Positions 61,455-64,000 of a DNA stretch of 64,000 bases are shown here, in pieces. This DNA is from Narcine bancroftii (Eukaryota), in the NCBI RefSeq assembly GCF_036971445.1, contig NC_091480.1, positions 62,002,001 through 62,066,000 on the forward strand, in the 5' to 3' direction. The notes under the pieces are model-generated. The model searched no databases. It saw only the letters and a program-made list of their open reading frames with translations, and had not been told where the DNA came from. Every line of letters begins with the position of its first letter. The stretch's first letter is position 1. The position numbers were made by a program, and so were the translations under genes.

Positions 61455-64000
61455 TTATTTTTATTTTTATTTTTTTTTTTAAATTTTTTATTTTTCACAC
61501 CATAAACCACATTAACCATGATACATACTTTTTCCTTTTCAAATATATACAGTGCCATTTTCTCCCCCCTTCCCTCCTCCCATCCCACCCTCCCTACCTC
61601 CCCCCCCCCCTGTCCATTTAAAGTACAAAATCTAGGATACATTAAACCAGTCAAACAATGTTGTCATTCAATAAAAATAAACAAGAAATTCCACTGAGTC
61701 AATTCTTTTCATTTCCTTCTCCTTTCGTTAATTTAGGTAGTGAATGTCCCCGGTAGGTTTTCTCTATTGTGTTTCATGTATGGCTCCCATATTTGTTCAA
61801 ATATTTCAATATTATTTCTTAAACTATATGTTATTTTTTCTAATGGAATACATTTATTCATTTCTATATACCATTGTTGTATTTTCAAATTATCTTCCGA
61901 TTTCCAGGTTGACATAATGGCTAGAGCTATCCTAACAAATCTGTTTTGTGCATTATCCAAATCAATTCCAAATTCTTTGTTTTTTTATGTTACTTAGGAG
62001 GAAGATCTCTGGATTCTTTGGTATATTGTTTTCTGTTATTTTATTTAATATCTGATTGAGATCTTCCCAAAATTTTTCTACTTCCTCACATGTCCAGATT
62101 GCATGAATTGTTGTTCCCATTTCTTTTTTACATCGAAAACATCTATCAGATACTGTTGGGTCCCATTTACTTAACTTTTGAGGTGTAATTTATAGCCTGT
62201 GTATCCAGTTATATTGTATCATACGTAACCTCGTATTTATTGTATTTCTCATCGTTCCAGAACATAACTTCTCCCATGTTTCCTTTTTTATCTTTATATT
62301 TAAATCTTGTTCCCATTTTTGTTTAGTTTTACCATTTGTTCCCTCATTCTCCTTTTCTTGCAGTTTAATATACATATTTGTTATAAATCTTTTGATTATC
62401 ATTGTATCTGTAATCACATACTCAAAGTTACTTCCCTCTGGTAAACTCAGACTGCTTCCTAATTTGTCCTTCAAGTAGGATCTCAATTGGTAATATGCCA
62501 GCACTGTATCTTGAGTTGTATTGTATTTATCTTTCATTTGTTCAAAGGATAATAATCTATTTCCTGAAAAACAATTTTCTATTCTTTTGATCCCTTTTTT
62601 CTCCCATTCTCTAAAGGAAAGGTTATCTATTGTAAAAGGGAGTAACTTATTTTGCGTCAATATTAGTTTTGGTAATTGGTAATTTGTTTTATTCCTTTCT
62701 ACATGAATCTTCTTCCAAATATTGAGTAGATGATGTAATACTGGAGAACTTCTATGTTGTACCAATTTTTCATCCCATTTATATAATATGTGTTCAGGTA
62801 TCTTCTCCCCTATTTTATCTAATTCTAATCTAGTCCAATCTGGCTTTTCCCTTGTTTGATAAAAATCTGATAGGTATCTTAATTGGGTGGCTCTATAATA
62901 ATTTTTAAAGTTTGGTAGTTGTAAGCCTCCTTGTTTATACCATTCTGTTAATTTATCTAGTGCTATCCTCGGTTTCCCCCCTTTCCATAAAAATTTCCTT
63001 ATTATTTTCTTTAACTCCTTGAAGAATTTCTCTGTCAAGTGTATTGGCAATGCCTGAAATAGGTATAATATCCTTGGGAAAATGTTCATTTTAATACAGT
63101 TTATCCTTCCTATTAGTGTTAGTGGTAAATCTTTCCAATGCTCTAAATCGTCCTGTAATTTTTTCATTAGTGGATAATAATTGAGTTTAAATAGTTGGCC
63201 GAGATTTTTATTTATTTGTATACCTAGGTATCTTATTGCTTGCATTTGCCATCTGAATGGTGATTCCTTCTTAAATTTTGAGAAATCCGCATTATTCATA
63301 GGCATTGCTTCACTTTTATTTACATTGATCTTGTAACCCGACACTTCTCCATATTCCTTCAATTTCTTATATAATTCTTTTATTGATAGTTCTGGTTCTG
63401 TTAAGTATACTATAACATCATCCGCAAATAAACTGATTTTATATTCCCTGTCTTTTATTTTTATTCCTTTTATATTATTTTCTGTTCTTATCAATTCAGC
63501 TAGTGGTTCTATAGCTAACGCGAACAATAAGGGTGATAGTGGGCATCCCTGCCGTGTTGACCTGCTAAAGTTAAATTGCTTTGATATATATCCATTTACT
63601 GTCACTTTCGCCAATGGTCCCTTATATAATGGTTTAATCCAATTAATATACTTCTCTGGTAAACTGAATTTTTGCAATACTTTGAATAAATAATTCCATT
63701 CTACTCTGTCAAAGGCCTTCTCTGCATCTAAAGCAACTGCTACTGTTGGCGCTTTACTCCCTTCTACTGCATGAATTAAGTTAATAAATTTACAAATATC
63801 GTCTGTTGTGCGTCTTTTTTTGATAAATCCAGTTTGGTCTAGATTTACCATTTTCGGTACATACTCTGCTAATCTGTTTGCTAATAGTTTAGCTATTATC
63901 TTATAATCTGTGTTAAGTAATGATATTGGTCTATATGACGTTGATGCGAGTGGATCTTTCCCTTGCTTTAGTATTACTGTAATTATTACTGTTTTACATG
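61455..64000 (-). mobile_element. L1 copy 6, 3' part (runs off the right edge of the window)
   Basis: Poly-T tail, 3'UTR and a 553-aa RT-containing ORF at 62190-63851. Confidence 0.93.

Overview
Vertebrate genomic DNA. The repeat landscape (L1-clade, CR1, RTE, Penelope-like and V-SINE/HE1-like elements) suggests a cartilaginous fish, which is an inference. Two host genes lie head-to-head. One is coding exon 1 of a MOB4/phocein-like gene (minus strand, 6899-6949). The other is coding exons 1-5 of mitochondrial citrate synthase (plus strand, 18266-32905); I did not find exon 6 in the window, so intron 5 appears to exceed 31 kb. Between their promoters sits a ~10.5 kb class I (HERV-I/gamma-epsilon-like) endogenous retrovirus locus. 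It is a chimera of two related proviruses (mismatched LTRs, duplicated integrase/env start, no TSD) joined across a 3'-truncated L1. CS intron 1 has a ~2.6 kb C-rich 18-bp minisatellite, and intron 2 has a multi-template patchwork copy of CS exon 4/exon 5 sequence. Intron 5 is a nested stack of a Gypsy-like LTR element, several minus-strand L1 copies, a CR1 and an RTE. The most notable observations are: (1) a multi-hairpin RNA cassette with a compensatory base-pair change in the long L1 ORF1-ORF2 spacer; (2) two RTE insertions with twin-priming-type 5' inversions; (3) an ORF2-deleted L1 derivative with its own TSD; (4) a possible MOB4 ohnolog beside CS; (5) the chimeric ERV, whose 3' LTR lies ~340 bp upstream of the CS start codon with an open frame running into it. 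All TE coding regions are degraded. Family assignments are by motif recognition, not database search.
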